From Octopus sinensis (taxonomy: Eukaryota), in the NCBI RefSeq assembly GCF_006345805.1, contig NC_043002.1, positions 25,358,001 through 25,422,000 on the forward strand: a DNA stretch of 64,000 bases, read 5' to 3'. The translations under genes and the position numbers were made by a program. Positions within the stretch are counted from its first letter, which is position 1. Each line of letters starts with the position of its first letter. The notes under the pieces were generated by a model. That model ran no database searches. It was not told where the DNA came from and saw nothing but the letters and a program-made list of their open reading frames with translations. Below, in pieces: positions 13,290 to 26,887 of the stretch.

Positions 13290-13505
13290 ATATAGTGATT
13301 TCAAATTTTGGCACGTGGCCAGCAAGTTCGGGGTTTTGGTAAGTTGATTACATCGACCCCAGTGTTCTAATAACTCTTATTTTATCGACTCCGAAATGAT
13401 GAAAGGCAAAGCGGAAATTTGAACTTAAAACGTTAAGATGGATGAAATGCTCCTAAGCATTTTGCCAGGCGTGTTAATGATTCTGCCAGCTCGCCGCTTT
13501 AGTTG
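13290..13505 (-). mobile_element. SINE family C copy
   Basis: Reverse complement of the family C head (aagcggcgagctggcagaatc) and core. Confidence 0.7.
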
Positions 13506-15759
13506 GGTACTTATATTATTCAGGACTATTGAATCACCGAGTTATGGGGCATAAATGAATACATGAACACAAAAATATGCACACACATTAATATTTATGT
13601 ACGAGACATGTTGGAAAACCAATATAAATTAGTAATAAAACTCAAGAGTCAAGAATATTTAAGTGTTTCACAATGAAATATTGAACAGATGTGTATGTAT
13701 ACATCGTTAACTGCTATGTACAAACAAAAGCGAAAGGCGAAAATATGGGTTAGAAAACACTGAACAAAATTAGCATCCATTTCATTAAAATAATACAAAA
13801 TTATAAAAACACTTGTGGTAGTGGTAAAATGCTCTTGTTTTAGAGGAACTAATACTGGTGTAACTTAAACTAATGTATCTATATATCCTATCAATGTTTG
13901 TTCTTTCTTGACCAATGTATCTTGCTTTTAAATTTATCTATCAAAACCATCTCTTCTGTCTGGTCCAATATATCTGTATGTACATTTACATTTGTTAGTA
14001 TACATGTTAGAATCTTCACACAACTTGTGTGTGTATGTTTTATCTTGATCATCAATTCACAGATTTTTTTTACCAGCTGCAATTCATTTTATATGTCAGT
14101 GTCTATGTATCTGCCTATTTATCTGTTTGTTTGTCTACTGTTTGTTCTCTTACTTTCACTATTATATTTCCATTATTTCCTCTCATTTTTTTCCTTTATA
14201 ATTTTTGTTTTTCATCTGTTAAATCTGCTAATGATGAAAAAGGTCATTCTAAATATACAATTTTGAATGAAACATTTACTTATATTGACATGGGATTCTC
14301 TGATAAGCATCGTTCCGCATGTAAATCCCCTCTTCCACTATAATTTTCCCTCCAGTGTATATATATATATATATATATGTTAATAAAATAGAACATATGC
14401 ATATATATAAACATATATGTACGTACCTACCTCTACATGTACATATACACGCATATATGTGTACAGGACACCAAAAAGACGTCGAACACATAGAGAGACG
14501 AAAAACATAGACACAAACCAAGGAACAGGACAGGCAAAAAAAGGAGAGATACAGGACAATAAGCACAACGAAAAATCCCCTTCTTCAGTCGCTAAGGTTT
14601 CATCTACTCTACGTTTCGAAGGATATATATATATATATTTTGCTGAGTGCAAATTTTGTCTTTCTTTGCAAAGTATGTGCACGTCCATTACAAGTAATCG
14701 GATCCAAGTGAGCATTGCTCAAATTTCTTCAATTAAAACATATCTGATTTCATGTGTGCACATTTACATTTTGCGTACTAGTTGTAAAACAAATGTGTGC
14801 ACATGTGCCTAGTTTTGAACAGTGCCCACTTCCTTGCCGATCTTTGTACCAAGTTTATATCATCATTTTAACGTCTACTTTTTTCATGCTTGTACGGGCA
14901 GACTGTCAATGAGTGGTGTCCTTTCCTCTCACCGACCCTGACCTGTTCCCAAGCAAAGTGATATTTCCCTGTGACCTGGCACGTTTTCACGAAAGATTGG
15001 AAACAATAAAACATATTACATATATGTTTACAGTTGTAAACGAGTGTGACTGCCTTATAAGTGATAGTTACCGACCAATGTCAAGACAAGTACATACACG
15101 CTTGCACACGCGCGTTATGATATAGGATGAAATGCATTGTGATATTTATTTTAACACTTGGCGTTTTGAGTTCAAATACAGTTGAGGCCAACATTGTCTT
15201 TCATCCTCCAGGGATCGTGAAATGAAGTACCAGTATTGGGAGGTAGACTGGTGGAAACGTTAGAGCGTCCGATGAGATATTTGTTTTGGCTCTTTGCATT
15301 CTGTGTTCAAATCTCACCATATCCTACATGCACAGTAGATTTAGTCTGGCTCCCAGTTTAATACTACCACCTGGCAACTTGCATTCCTATAGCAGAATTC
15401 ATTCAGTTGCAAACAACCAGACCAGGCCAGTGGTTTGAGGGTACCTTTTTCTCACCTGTCTCAGATGCCTTATAATGGATCACGGGAACGGCCTTTTCCT
15501 ACTAATTTATAGTTTTTAAAAAAATGTCTTGTAATTACTTAGAGCAGTGTCTACATCATTGTAACACAGAACAGGGACTGCTTTGGTTGGTGTTGAGTGT
15601 ATTTGAAACCATGAGTCGGTCCGTGGGGCAACTAGATGAAATGTTTTTGTTTTTAGTAAATGTAAATCAAAATATTTTGGAAACCATTGTATTGCTAGGG
15701 GCATAGCTGAAAATTTGCCTTCATGTATCATCTAATTTACAAGCAGAATTTTGCGTATG

Positions 15760-16078
15760 AATGTAGAGAATTACATACAGAAGTGTCGAAGAGGAAGACC
15801 CAAGGAAACATGGAATGAAGTATTGAAGGTTGATCTCAAGACACTGAGCTTTACGAAGGAGATGACTTCGGATTGAGACATCCGGCACATGCTGTACCTA
15901 AGAGTCTGCCTCAACAAAATTGGTGTCACATTTAAAATACCCAGTACACTACGGAGTGGTTAGTGTTAAGAAGGGCGTCCAGGAAAAATGGAGCCTGGTG
16001 CAGCCCCTTACCTTACCATCTCTGGACGAACCGCCCAACTCCTGTCAGCTAGGAAAACGGATGTTAGATGATGATGAA
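15760..16078 (+). mobile_element. RTE-clade LINE 3' fragment
   Basis: Translates to ...CRRGRPKETWNEVLKVDLKTLSFTKEMTSD*..., followed by the GAT-tailed 3' end also seen at 47199-48037. Confidence 0.75.
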
Positions 16079-16130
16079 TATAATGCAGTTAATTTCTTAT
16101 TCACTTCTCTAAGTCAATGGGAGGATTTCA

Positions 16131-16537
16131 GGATCTTTTCGGTTTGAACGGCAGTTTTTTCTAGCGGTGTCATATGAAATTGTCACCCATAATTATGACC
16201 CTAGTATCGATCTATATTGCATTTCAATCTGTTTTAGAGTTAGGGTTAGGGGGAAGGGTATCTTTTTTTTCTTCACGAATGTAAATAAACCCAATCTGTT
16301 TCTTAAACGAGGGACATATTCATACGGCACAGAATGTTTTTTTTACCTTATGATCGTCATTGATTGGTAGAAATTGCAGAAAAAAAACAACTAATATCTT
16401 ACAAACTATAGAATTTTCTCAATAAAGCCAAGAGAAAAAGATGTTTTATAAACACACTCTACCAATATACGAAGTTTAAAATTTTTTTAGTTACCTAGAA
16501 ATTATGTTAAAAACTGCCGTTCAAACCGAAAAGATCC
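16131..16537. mobile_element. MITE with ~29-bp TIRs, GGATC termini and 8-bp TSD ggatttca (Merlin-like), related to 12575-13253
   Basis: ggatcttttcggtttgaacggcagttttt / aaaaactgccgttcaaaccgaaaagatcc; TSD at 16123-16130 and 16538-16545; shares the subterminal ctaccaatatacgaagttt block; (TTAGGG)2. Confidence 0.9.
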
Positions 16538-19199
16538 GGATTTCATCTTAACTTAACTCCTTTATATGTCTCTACTTTCATATACTAATTCAAAAGACAT
16601 AATGCTGTTAAGTTTTCTCAGTCACCTCTGTTGGCTCATGACAAGAGTTCAGCTTAACTCCATTATCTGCTGGGTACATTGTCTTTACTGGTTATATTGA
16701 TGACTTTTAATTTGTCTGAGCAAGTGAGAAAAAGTGTAATGTTTTTATTAGTCACAGTAGCTGGAAGACTGTTTTACTTGTGTCTAGGTCACTTTTTAGC
16801 TACAGACAAAAAAAGAAGAAAAAAAAAAAACGTCCAAGATGGAATTGGGAAGTTTAAGAGTAGATTCTGTAAAATGTCTATTCTACGTTTCCGCCCCCTT
16901 CCTCTATTTGCAAAGAAAGAAAAAGAAAAAAATGGGAAAAAATATAAGTGAAGAAAAGGCCTTGTTTAGTTTGTCCAAAGAATAACTACTTCACTTGTTT
17001 CTTATATTAAAAAAAAAACAAATAAAAAAATCTTTTCGCTCCCTATGGCTTTTAGTAGTTAACTGAATTAGATCTACTAACTACATTTTCACATAAATAT
17101 TGTCATTTGATCTCATGTTTCTTTATGTCTGTTGAAAACTTTTCAAATGTTTGTAGTATAGTTGTTTTTCTTTTCCTTTTTACTGTTTTTTCTCCCCCTT
17201 TTTTTTTTTACATTCTCAAAAGTTTTGACATGAAATACAAAAATGAAATAAAGATGACTATAGTAAAAGAAATAAAAAAAAATTATAACATCGAATTTAG
17301 AGGTTTATTTTTCCCCCTTCTTTTTCGTACTACTGATTACAAAACCTCTGAGCGGTTATTGAAAATATGCAAGCCGAAACATATAGACATCAGCTATTTC
17401 AAACCTCCTACTGGGTTAACAAAAACTACTTCCAGTTATTCATTTGAACCTCCAAATACTGTAAAGTAACATTTCCTCCTCTCTTCTTTATCTTTTTTTC
17501 TTCTTTTGGAATTTAAAAAAAAATGTTTTCTTTTAAAACATGTTTTGCATTTAGACGAGTAAAGATTCTGTATTAGACGCTCAACATCCATTTTTGTACT
17601 TTGTTAGGTGTCAGTTGGTATTGGCTTTGATTACCTTCAGGTGCCATGATTTTTGTTTTTTTACTTACAAACATATTGCATTTGGCTAGCTATATTTTAC
17701 CTTTAGATCTTTTATTGGAACTAATATGGTTTTCAACATTCTTTACTATCCCCGTTTTATCTTGTATTCTCTGGAGTCGTTTAAATAGTTTTGACAGGTT
17801 AGATAAAGACATCTGCATGTTTTAATTTTACTGTAAAAGATGCCAAAAAAAGAAAAAAATCTACAACTGTCATTAAGTATGTGCAGTAGCAGTAGTAGTA
17901 GTTGTAAGCTCCTGGTCAGCCTTGGTTGAGTAGGCCTATGACAATGGTCTTTCCAGCCATGACCATCCCATTTTTTATGGCTGTGTGGTTAAGATTGTTT
18001 CACAACCACATAGTCTTGGGGTCAGTCCTCTGGTAACTTGTACTAGTGTTTTCTACTATAACCTGAGTCAACCAAAGCTTTACAAATGGATTTAGGAGAT
18101 GGAAACTGAAAGAAGCCCATTGTGTGTGTGTGTGTGTATGTAGTAGCAGTTTGACTCAGTCCCATATGACTTAAAGTTACATATGTTAGAGCTGCTTTTG
18201 TGTGTGTGTGTGTGTGTGTGAAAATGGTCATATTTGGAAAAGGGTATCATTCACTTCCAATCTGTGAAAACATGTCCGACCATGGAGAAATATTAGCTTG
18301 CTTGGAAACCAGTGAGGATTGGTGACAGGAAGAGTATAGAAAATCTGCTTCAGCAAATTCTGACCTATGCCAGCATGAAAAAGTGGACATTAAAATAATG
18401 AAGATGAGGATGATGGCCACAATGTATCCTTCATATCATAACACAATGTGGTATGTTTTGAAGGATATTTGACTGCTATGGTTGGTGTAATAATTCTAGC
18501 CAGATTTACTTGAAGCTACACAATGTCACCAACACAGCCTAGTGTTGAGAGGATTATAGAATATTGTTTACAATTGTGAAAAATGGTCATATTTGGAAAA
18601 GGGTTTTCTATGCAGATGGCATCCCCAAGTAATTAACCTGTGATTTCTTTTTAAGAATATGTTAAATTTTCATGTTGGTTTGTGTACAATATTACACATC
18701 CATTTAGTGATACTTTCATCATTACACTGATACCTATTTGAAATAATTAAAATGAATTAGTAATTGAGCTAATGTTATATTTTCTTCACTTCATAATTAT
18801 TCTTAAATATTTTCTTCTTTTGTGTGTTCTCTGCATTAAATATGTAAATTCTAACTTGACTGGAACAAATGAAATTTTGTGCCTCATCAATGGGATAGGA
18901 AATATAATGGTACACTGATATTTCTGGTGACTTGATTGAAGAAAGTCGAGTTGAATGACTTGTCTAAGGGGTGTATAACATAATGCTGAGGATTTTTCAG
19001 ATAGGGCATTAGCCCTTAGAGTCGAAATGACACTGGATTGAAAAGTACAACAGTGTATCATCATATAGAAGATACACAGTGTCTAAATCAAAGTTGGGAT
19101 GGTCATGATTGGAATGTTTTTCGGCATTGGACTGTTCAATCGTAGCTGACCCATGGTTAAACAACAGTAACAAAGGCGACTATTAGCATTATTGCTTAT

Positions 19200-20620
19200 C
19201 AATTATTGTTCTTTTCCCCCATAATGTGCTGCCAAGAAACATACTTCAGTATCTTAACCATACATTTCTAATGAAACATGCACATGCATGCACCTTCAGT
19301 TATTAACTGTTTGGTTATTATTATCTACCTGACCATCGTGCCTTGTTCCCAGTTATCATCTGATAAGATTGGAATGTCTGTTCTTCCATTTGTTTTGGAA
19401 GTGGTGCATTCCACAGAATAGATGGTCCAGTTGCCAACACCTTCTGTGCAGCAGGTTTGGTATGTTGTGGCAGATAATGTATAGACATGTGCTGATTGGA
19501 ATGTGCATTTAGAAATTCTTAGATAGTGTGTAGGTGTGGTTACTGTTTGTCAGACTCATGATTGCAACTCTGATGGAGTTGCAATCATGAGTGAAGCAAG
19601 AGTGAAGACTGTTTCTGGTGTATGGAATGTCATTAGTTGTTCACTGCCCTCTTCCACTCAGTTGGTAGAACATCCATGTTAGCATTCTGAGAAAGACTAA
19701 TAGTGGACAAGTGTGGTGTTTGTGGGGAAAATCTAGATGTTGATAAGAATCAACTGGCTACACTATTTCAGAGAACTTTTAATCCAAGTACTATGGACAA
19801 ATCCCCAAAAATCCCTGACTTGGTTGTGCCACTGGGAGGCATTGTCAATAAGCGATAAACTTTTTAGTCTCAGAAGTGCTGTCAGACAGGCCTGACCGAG
19901 ATGCCTGCAGAGCAACAGAATGATTGTGCATGCATTTGTTTAGCATCTGAGCATTACTGATATATGAAGTTATATTGATGTTGGATGGATCTGGGTATCG
20001 GGTAAGTCCATTGCGGAGACCAATTGCTACCTTCTTTTTGGACAGGAGTTTAGTTTCACCATCCTCCCGGATGCCTGTAATAGATCATTGTGAGCTCACC
20101 ATCAATTTAGGTTCCCCATGCATGTTCTTAATTTGTTAACATTTGCCATTCCACTGTCGTGAAGCAAGTTGTTGACATAGGTTAGATGTTGGACAGGAAG
20201 GATCGTTTTCTTCCCTTCTTTTTGGTGGTTATGACTGAAGACGTATACTTTCCTCTTTGGTCAAGTCCTCATTGACTTCAAGTCCCATTTGGAGAGGGAG
20301 GAGTTGCCCTTCAGTAAATTTGTTGAAAGGTGATGAGAATGAGGAGTACGGTCTGATTAAAGGACCTACTTATAGCATGTTCCTGTAGGCTTGGAAATAT
20401 AGCTGGGAGAAGGGCACTTACTTTTGATGGTCAGGGTATGTTGGTTGGGTTCCTTGAATGGTTCTGAGGGTCCTCTTGGGTATTTATCATATGTATAATC
20501 TGTTAGTTTTTATTTCATTCAATTTCTGTGTCAACCTCCTTATTTTTTTATAACTTATCTCTGTAATATCCCCTCATTTGTCACTAAAATGTGGGAGTGT
20601 TTTGTCGTTTGACTCCCAAG
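19200..20620 (+). mobile_element. Decayed Tx1/L1-clade LINE, 3' part
   Basis: Broken frames give ALSISDKLFSLRSAVRQA*PRCLQSNRMIVHAFV (degenerate CCHC knuckle region) and VLIDFKSHLER...KFVER. The 3' UTR resembles the copies at 37680-38290 and 39560-40110. The 5' boundary is uncertain. Confidence 0.65.
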
Positions 20621-21164
20621 TTGGCTCTAATTCTGCAGGCATATGGTCAGTGATATTCCAGCCATGCCCATCATGTTTTTTCCCCCAGAAATATTGTACT
20701 TTGAATTACATAAATCAATATTTTTTGTCAAGGAGGCAGGGTGTGGTTTGAAGGATATATAGCTGCAATTTCTAGCTGGTTGACTGACTACTTAGAAGCT
20801 CCCCAATAGCTTGTATGTTGTGAAGTTTGTTTTGTGGGTGTTAATGAATGTTTCTGTTGAATATGTACTGTGTAAGGCATGTACATACCCTACATGTCCC
20901 TTACTCAGTACAAGTAAGGTGTGTGTTGTGCCTAGTAGGGCTATTTTTGGAGTGTATATAACATTTTTATTCTTATTTCTTCCTTTTTTTTGCATGTTGT
21001 TTTATGTAATCTCATACTCCATCCTCCATCTTTTTATGAATGTTTGTAGATAATGAAGAAAGCATTGTAATAATAAATATTATTGTTGCTATTATACAAA
21101 AGCTATTCCATACTGATTTAATTTGCAGAAATGTTATTCTAAGGTTTATTGACAAGACATTGTT

Positions 21165-21600
21165 GTTAATATCATTTGGTGGAATTGTTAGAGCATTGGA
21201 GAAAAATACTTTGCAGTTTTCTTTTGGTTCTTTACAATTCTGAGTTCAAACCGCTATGGTCAACTTTTGCTTTTCATCCCTACAAGGCTCAATAAAGTAT
21301 CAGTCAAGCACTGGGGTCAATATAATTAACTAACCGTCTAAAATTGACTGCATTATGCCTAAATTTGAAACCATTATCATCAAAATTGGAAAACTTGTGC
21401 CAAAATTATTATTATTTATTATTATTATTATTAAGGCAGTGAGCTGGCAGAATTGGGAACATGCCAGGCAAAATACTTAGTCAACTTTGCCTTTTCACCC
21501 TTTTGGAGTCACTAAAATGAGTATCGGTTCAGCATTGAGGTTTATGTAATAGACTCCTTCCCTTCCCCCAACTTGCTGGCCTTGTGCCAAAATTTGAAAT
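21165..21600 (+). mobile_element. Two family C SINEs head-to-tail across a (TTA)n tract
   Basis: Core repeated twice; the second head aaggcagtgagctggcag follows directly on (tta)n. Confidence 0.65.
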
Positions 21601-21949
21601 TATTGCCTCCACCTCAGTGACGGTGAAGGTATTGTTTTTCAGTCTTGTTTGTTTGCCCGTGGACAAGATATCTCAAGAACTGCTGGATGGATTTGGATGA
21701 AACTTCCAGGGATGTTTGGCCTTGTGACTGGCACAAACTGATTAGAATACCAGGCAAAGATTCTGGATTACTTTTCCTGTGTTTTTACTTAATCTTTGAG
21801 AGCAGTCGGGTTCATTTTTAGTATGCTTGTTTGTGAGAGCAGTCGAGTTTATTTCAGATATTCTCATTTTAAAACTCATCTCTGGCTAATCATTGAGAGG
21901 ACGTTGGTGTTGCTTTGGTGGAGGTTTGCACTCTCTGAGTGCTCTTGTT
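21600..21949 (+). mobile_element. HINE/DINE-1-like element, copy 2
   Basis: cctccacct..ggtgaagg 5' hairpin; 3' gctttggtggaggtttgcactctctgagtgc. Confidence 0.75.
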
Positions 21950-22151
21950 CTTATTAGTTTAATGATGAATGGTCAAATCATTAGATCACCATTTAGAATG
22001 CTTTACAGATGAGATGAGTGTTGATTTTCAGTATTACTGTATCTATCCAATCTGTGCAGCATGATAAAAAAGAAATCCCAAAAACAAAGAACCCATTAAG
22101 CTGATGTTGTTGATGATAATAATTATTATGTTCACATTGCCACATACTTAT

Positions 22152-22205
<54 letters not shown>

Positions 22206-24569
22206 TGCACATGCAGTTTCTTATACAACAGTTAAACATAATTTTATTACATATCCACAAGGTGTGTAACAACATAAAAATTATAGCATTACCTTTAACT
22301 TACGACTGACAGTCTACCCTTAAAGATGATCTGTCTGACAGATATTAAATTATAATGTAGTCAATAAAAAAAAAAAAAATCAATTGGTTGCAACATTTTG
22401 GGTACAAAATAATTGATGTACAAAACATCAATTTTAGGAGTCACCACACCAATAGCAACATTTTCTGACAAGCAATAAAAAAGACATAGAATGGAAAAAA
22501 AAATAAAAGAAAAAATAGGAAATTGCTCTGGGAAATTAGGTTGTTTTGATACTGTTGTGAGAAGCTCTAGTTTTGTGAAAAGGTATCAACAGATGGTGAT
22601 CATGAGAATATAATATAAACTAGCTAGCTGTTGTAATGGATGTTGAAAGACATAGGGGAAATGTGTCTGTCTAACATCAAAATATAGGTCATTTATTGAA
22701 TTATAGTCTAAATTCCTTGAATTAAACCTGTAGCTTTATTGTAATGAAGCTAATGTAAGTACATCTAAATATGTAACTGAAATGTTGCCAGCCCTTCTTT
22801 TCACCATGTGTTGCACTTCCCTAATCAATCTATACCTCTCACTCTGACTACTTCTCTGAGGTAAAGAAAGAGAATTAACTTGTACCTCCCACTGTCTCTT
22901 ATAGCGACCCCCACCACTCTGAAGAATGAAACAGAAAGTGTAAGAAAGAAGGAGAGAGTTTTTTTTTTTTTCTGTCATGAGAATATCATTTGGTCTGCTC
23001 TCTATATTGCTGTCCAGCAACATTTTCCCCATATGGTGAAAATGTATGGCCTACTGGTTAGGGTGTTGCACTCTTGATCATAAGATTGTGGTTTGTTTTG
23101 ATTTTCAGGCCAGGTGGTGCATTTTGTTCTTGAGCAAAACACTCCATTTCACATTGCTCCAGTTCACTCAAACTATAATTGAATTCCATCAATAACTGGG
23201 AAGTTAACCCTATGACGGACCAGCATCCCATTCAGTGGGGAGGCTTGTAATCTCAGTCACTTATACACCATGGAAACCAGCTTAAGCTCTTACCTTACGA
23301 GTCCTAAGGCTGGTGACTGACCCTTGTCTAAGGTGACATCAGTGTATATCAGCTGGTGTTGTTTAATAGGGGAACTTCTACATAGTTACTTGACAGGCTG
23401 GAAATAGCAGCCAAATCTCCCTCAAATCTCATGCTAAAATGTATTGTATAAAATAGTCCCTGATGGACAAAAAGGTGATATGTTTATGACTTGAACAACT
23501 TTCACCAACTGGATCAGGATTGATCTTGGATCAGTCGACAACGATGAAGATAACAAAGAAAGACTAGTGCATTTCCTGAACCTGCTAGAAATAGTTGTCA
23601 CATTTCTTTCAGATCATATCCTAATATCTTAAATAATACATCTGCCAAGCTACTCCTCTATGTATGAAAATAATGAGAAAATAATAATTATTTGCCTTTC
23701 ATACCTTTGAGGTCGATAAAATAAAATATCAGCTTATTTTGAAAAAGAATGAAAAATTTCCCACACCTGCCTTGTAACGTACCTGGTGATCTTATTAGTG
23801 CTGATGGCACGCAGAAAGCATCCAGTACACCATGTAAGGTGGTTGGTGTTAGAAAGGGTAATTTAGCCAGAGAAAACATACCAAAACTGCTACTGGAGCT
23901 CATTGCAGCCCTCCTGTTTGCTGGATCCTATCAAGCCATCCAACCTATGCCAGCATGAAAAATAGATGTTAAATGACAATATGTGTGCACACACACACAT
24001 TTCTGTAAACCAAATCTACTCTCAGGGATTTGGTTGGCCCTAGGCTATAAAAGGAGACTCTTGTCTAAGGTGCTACACAATATGATTGAACCAAAAACAA
24101 TGTAGTTGGGAAGCAAAGATATTAACTGCACAGCCCTGTTTGCATCTGTTATTTACTTTTATTAATTCTATCAGAGAATATCTGCTGTTGATAGGTATGG
24201 TAACATAAGGGCTTTATCATATTTTTCTCATAAGTTGTAGGAATGGAATCTTATCAAAATAGAAAGTAGGTTGGAGTAAACTATTGAACCAAATAAGTGG
24301 TATCAACAAACTTTATTATAAATTTGTCTTTTGACTGGGACTTTGTTTTTTTTTTGATTTAATGATATGGAGACATAAGGGCTAGACAACTACTTTCAAA
24401 AAAGACAAAACTGAAATCCATCTTTCATTTAACCAGTATTTTTTTTTCTTTTTTTTTTGAGTGTGGAGGAAAGGGCATTACTCATGACATTTGCAGGCCC
24501 TTGGAGATCAGTGAGCTTGATGTCATTAGTATTATATTTAAATCATTGCAGATCAACAGTTGCAAGAAA

Positions 24570-24910
24570 CATGTGTGTAAAAGAAAAGATTCCAGAAAAC
24601 CAATGTTCTAAGGAGAAATGACTAGGAATAATGGTTTGTGCAAGGCCAATGGGGCTGGATGCACTGGGGTTGAGGAGAGGTGGAAAGATAGTGGATTAGG
24701 AATGCTAGATGTTTAGAAGTACAAGACCAGCCAGCTCTGATGAACAGAGACTATTGTAGCAACAACAGAAAAGACAGAGAAGAGACAGTAAACCTAATGG
24801 CCAGGGGCTGTTAGTGATTGAAATTTAGTTAAGTGGCTCTTGTCTGGATGTAGTTCAGGATGTTTGTGTATATAGAAGCAGCACTATTCCAAATGTAGGA
24901 GCAGTACACT
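24570..24910 (-). mobile_element. CR1/Jockey-like LINE RT C-terminal fragment
   Basis: Minus strand reads ...YCSYIWNSAASIYTNILNYIQTRAT... and ...TNHYS*SFLLRTLVFWNL, matching the YCSxIW...IQxRA...RTxxLWNxL signature. Confidence 0.6.
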
Positions 24911-25533
24911 ATGAGGGCCCCATTTAAATTTTTTTTATTCAAGATGTGGTCAATAGTTTATAATCAGTTGATATTGAAAGATGTGCATAAGATAAAACAA
25001 AATTTACCTGTTTGGAGTACATTGACTTAAATAAATTAATCACACCTCAGTTTTTCCACTGATAAGTCATAGTAAACAACAAATTTTTATCTTTTGAAAA
25101 GAAGTAATTTGCTAAGCTGGTTGATAAATCATGATTGATAACTTTCGTTAATAAATGGTTACATTTATTACTTGGACTTCTTGAGACCAATAAAATAAAT
25201 AATTAAGTTCAAATCCTGTGAGAATCATCTTTGTCTATCATCCTTCCAGGATCAATTAAATAATGTACTGGTCAAGCACTAGGATTGATGGTATAGTCTA
25301 ACCACTTCTTAAAATTGTTGGTCTAAGCTGGAGGAATTGTTAGATTGTTTGAAAAAAGCTTTACAGTACTTCTTCATGCTCACTACATTGTTAGTTCAAG
25401 TCCTGCTGAGGTTGATGTTGCCTTTCAGCCCTCTAAGGTCTATAAAATAAAGTACCAGTCAAATACTGGGATTGATAGAATTGATTAACCTCTCTCCTCA
25501 AAATTGCTGACTTTATGCCTAAATTAGAAGCAG

Positions 25534-25887
25534 TTATTACCTCCGCCTTCTCTCAGGTGGAGGCATTGTTTTCAGTCGTGTTTGTTTGTTTGTCTGTGGA
25601 CAAGATATCTCAAAAACCACTGGTTGGATTCAGATGAAACTTTCAGGGATGATTGGTCTTGTGACTGGCATGAACTGATTAGATTTTGGGATTGATCTGA
25701 TACCAGACAAGGGTTCTAGATTATTTTTCCAGTTTTTTACTTAATTTTTGAGAGTGGTTGTGTTCATTATTAGTATTCTCGTTTGTGAGAGCACTCGAGT
25801 TTATTTCAGATATTCCCATTTTAAAAATCATCTCTGGTTAATTGTTGAGAGGACGTTGGTGTTGCCTTGGTCGAGGTTTGTACTCTT
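25534..25887 (+). mobile_element. HINE/DINE-1-like element, copy 3, within a cluster of family C SINEs
   Basis: ttattacctccgcc..ggtggagg 5' end; gccttggtcgagg 3' subterminal repeat. Confidence 0.75.
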
Positions 25888-26361
25888 ATTATTATTATTA
25901 TTGGCAGAACCATCACTATGCTGGACAAAATGCTTAGTAGTATGTCTTCTGGCTGTTTATGTACTGAGTTCAAACACCACAGAAGTCGACTTTAATTACT
26001 GGGATCAGCAGTATTCCCTAATCCCTCCCACCAGAATTGTAGACCTTATGCCAAAATTTGAAACATTTATTATTATTGAGCTAGCAGAATTTTTAGCAGC
26101 ATTTTGTCCATCTGTACATTCTGGGTTCAAATTCCACTGAGGTCAGTTTTGCCTTTTATCCTTTCAGGGTTGATAAAATAAGTACTAGCCAAAATGTGAA
26201 ACTATTATTATATCCAATCCCCACCTCACTTCCACCTCACCAGCCCGTGTGTCTACCCTGTTCCGTACTCTCATTCTCACTCCCACTCCTTAATTATGTT
26301 TCACTTTCACCTTTTCTTTCTCATGTTTTATCTAACTCCCTCCCTCTTATACTCACCACTT

Positions 26362-26410
<49 letters not shown>

Positions 26411-26609
26411 CCACTCTATATATATGAGTGTTTTACTAATACATCTGTTTGTTGTCTACACCACCTGTCTTTGTCTTTCGTTTTTTTGTGAATTTTCCCT
26501 ATATATATATATGCAATAAAGGGTGGAATATAATTAATTTAATAAAATTAATCAATTTCACCTAGTAGATTTATCAGTATGGAAAAGACCATATTTGGTA
26601 AGGGTTATA

Positions 26610-26887
26610 ATAATTATAATTAAGGGTTAAATGCAACAAGTTGCTCAAAACCACATACCGAAAATATTAGAAATAGCAGCCAAAATTGCTCACCATTTCC
26701 TCTACTATTAAAAAGTCTCCACAAACAAACAGAATTTGTAAGCTGTATATGGCATATACAGCTTACAAATTCTGTTTGTTTGTGGAGACTTTTTAATAGT
26801 AGAGGAAATGGTGAGCAATTTTGGCTGCTATTTCTAATATTTTCGGTATGTGGTTTTGAGCAACTTGTTGCATTTAACCCTTAATTA

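Noticed and set aside
14579-14622. Hammerhead-like halves on the minus strand (CCTTCGAAACGTA ... CTGAAGAAGG) in permuted, type II-like order
   Set aside because: Helix I cannot be formed and helix II needs mismatches or wobbles; probably a PLE-related remnant, but not supportable as a ribozyme.
12807-16262. TTAGGG/CCCTAA motifs as interstitial telomere
   Set aside because: Only two units each, and both lie inside MITEs.
17107-17469. ORF with a hydrophobic N-terminus and a weak phase-0 donor (ACT|GTAAAG), as the missing GALNT2 signal-anchor exon
   Set aside because: The hydrophobicity comes from poly-T runs, the donor is weak, and there is no resemblance to GALNT N-termini; needs transcript evidence.
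26530-26585. Minus-strand CTGATAA-atct-act-aggt-GAAA motif next to the palindrome
   Set aside because: G8 is changed to A without compensation and helix I is out of register; too degenerate to call.
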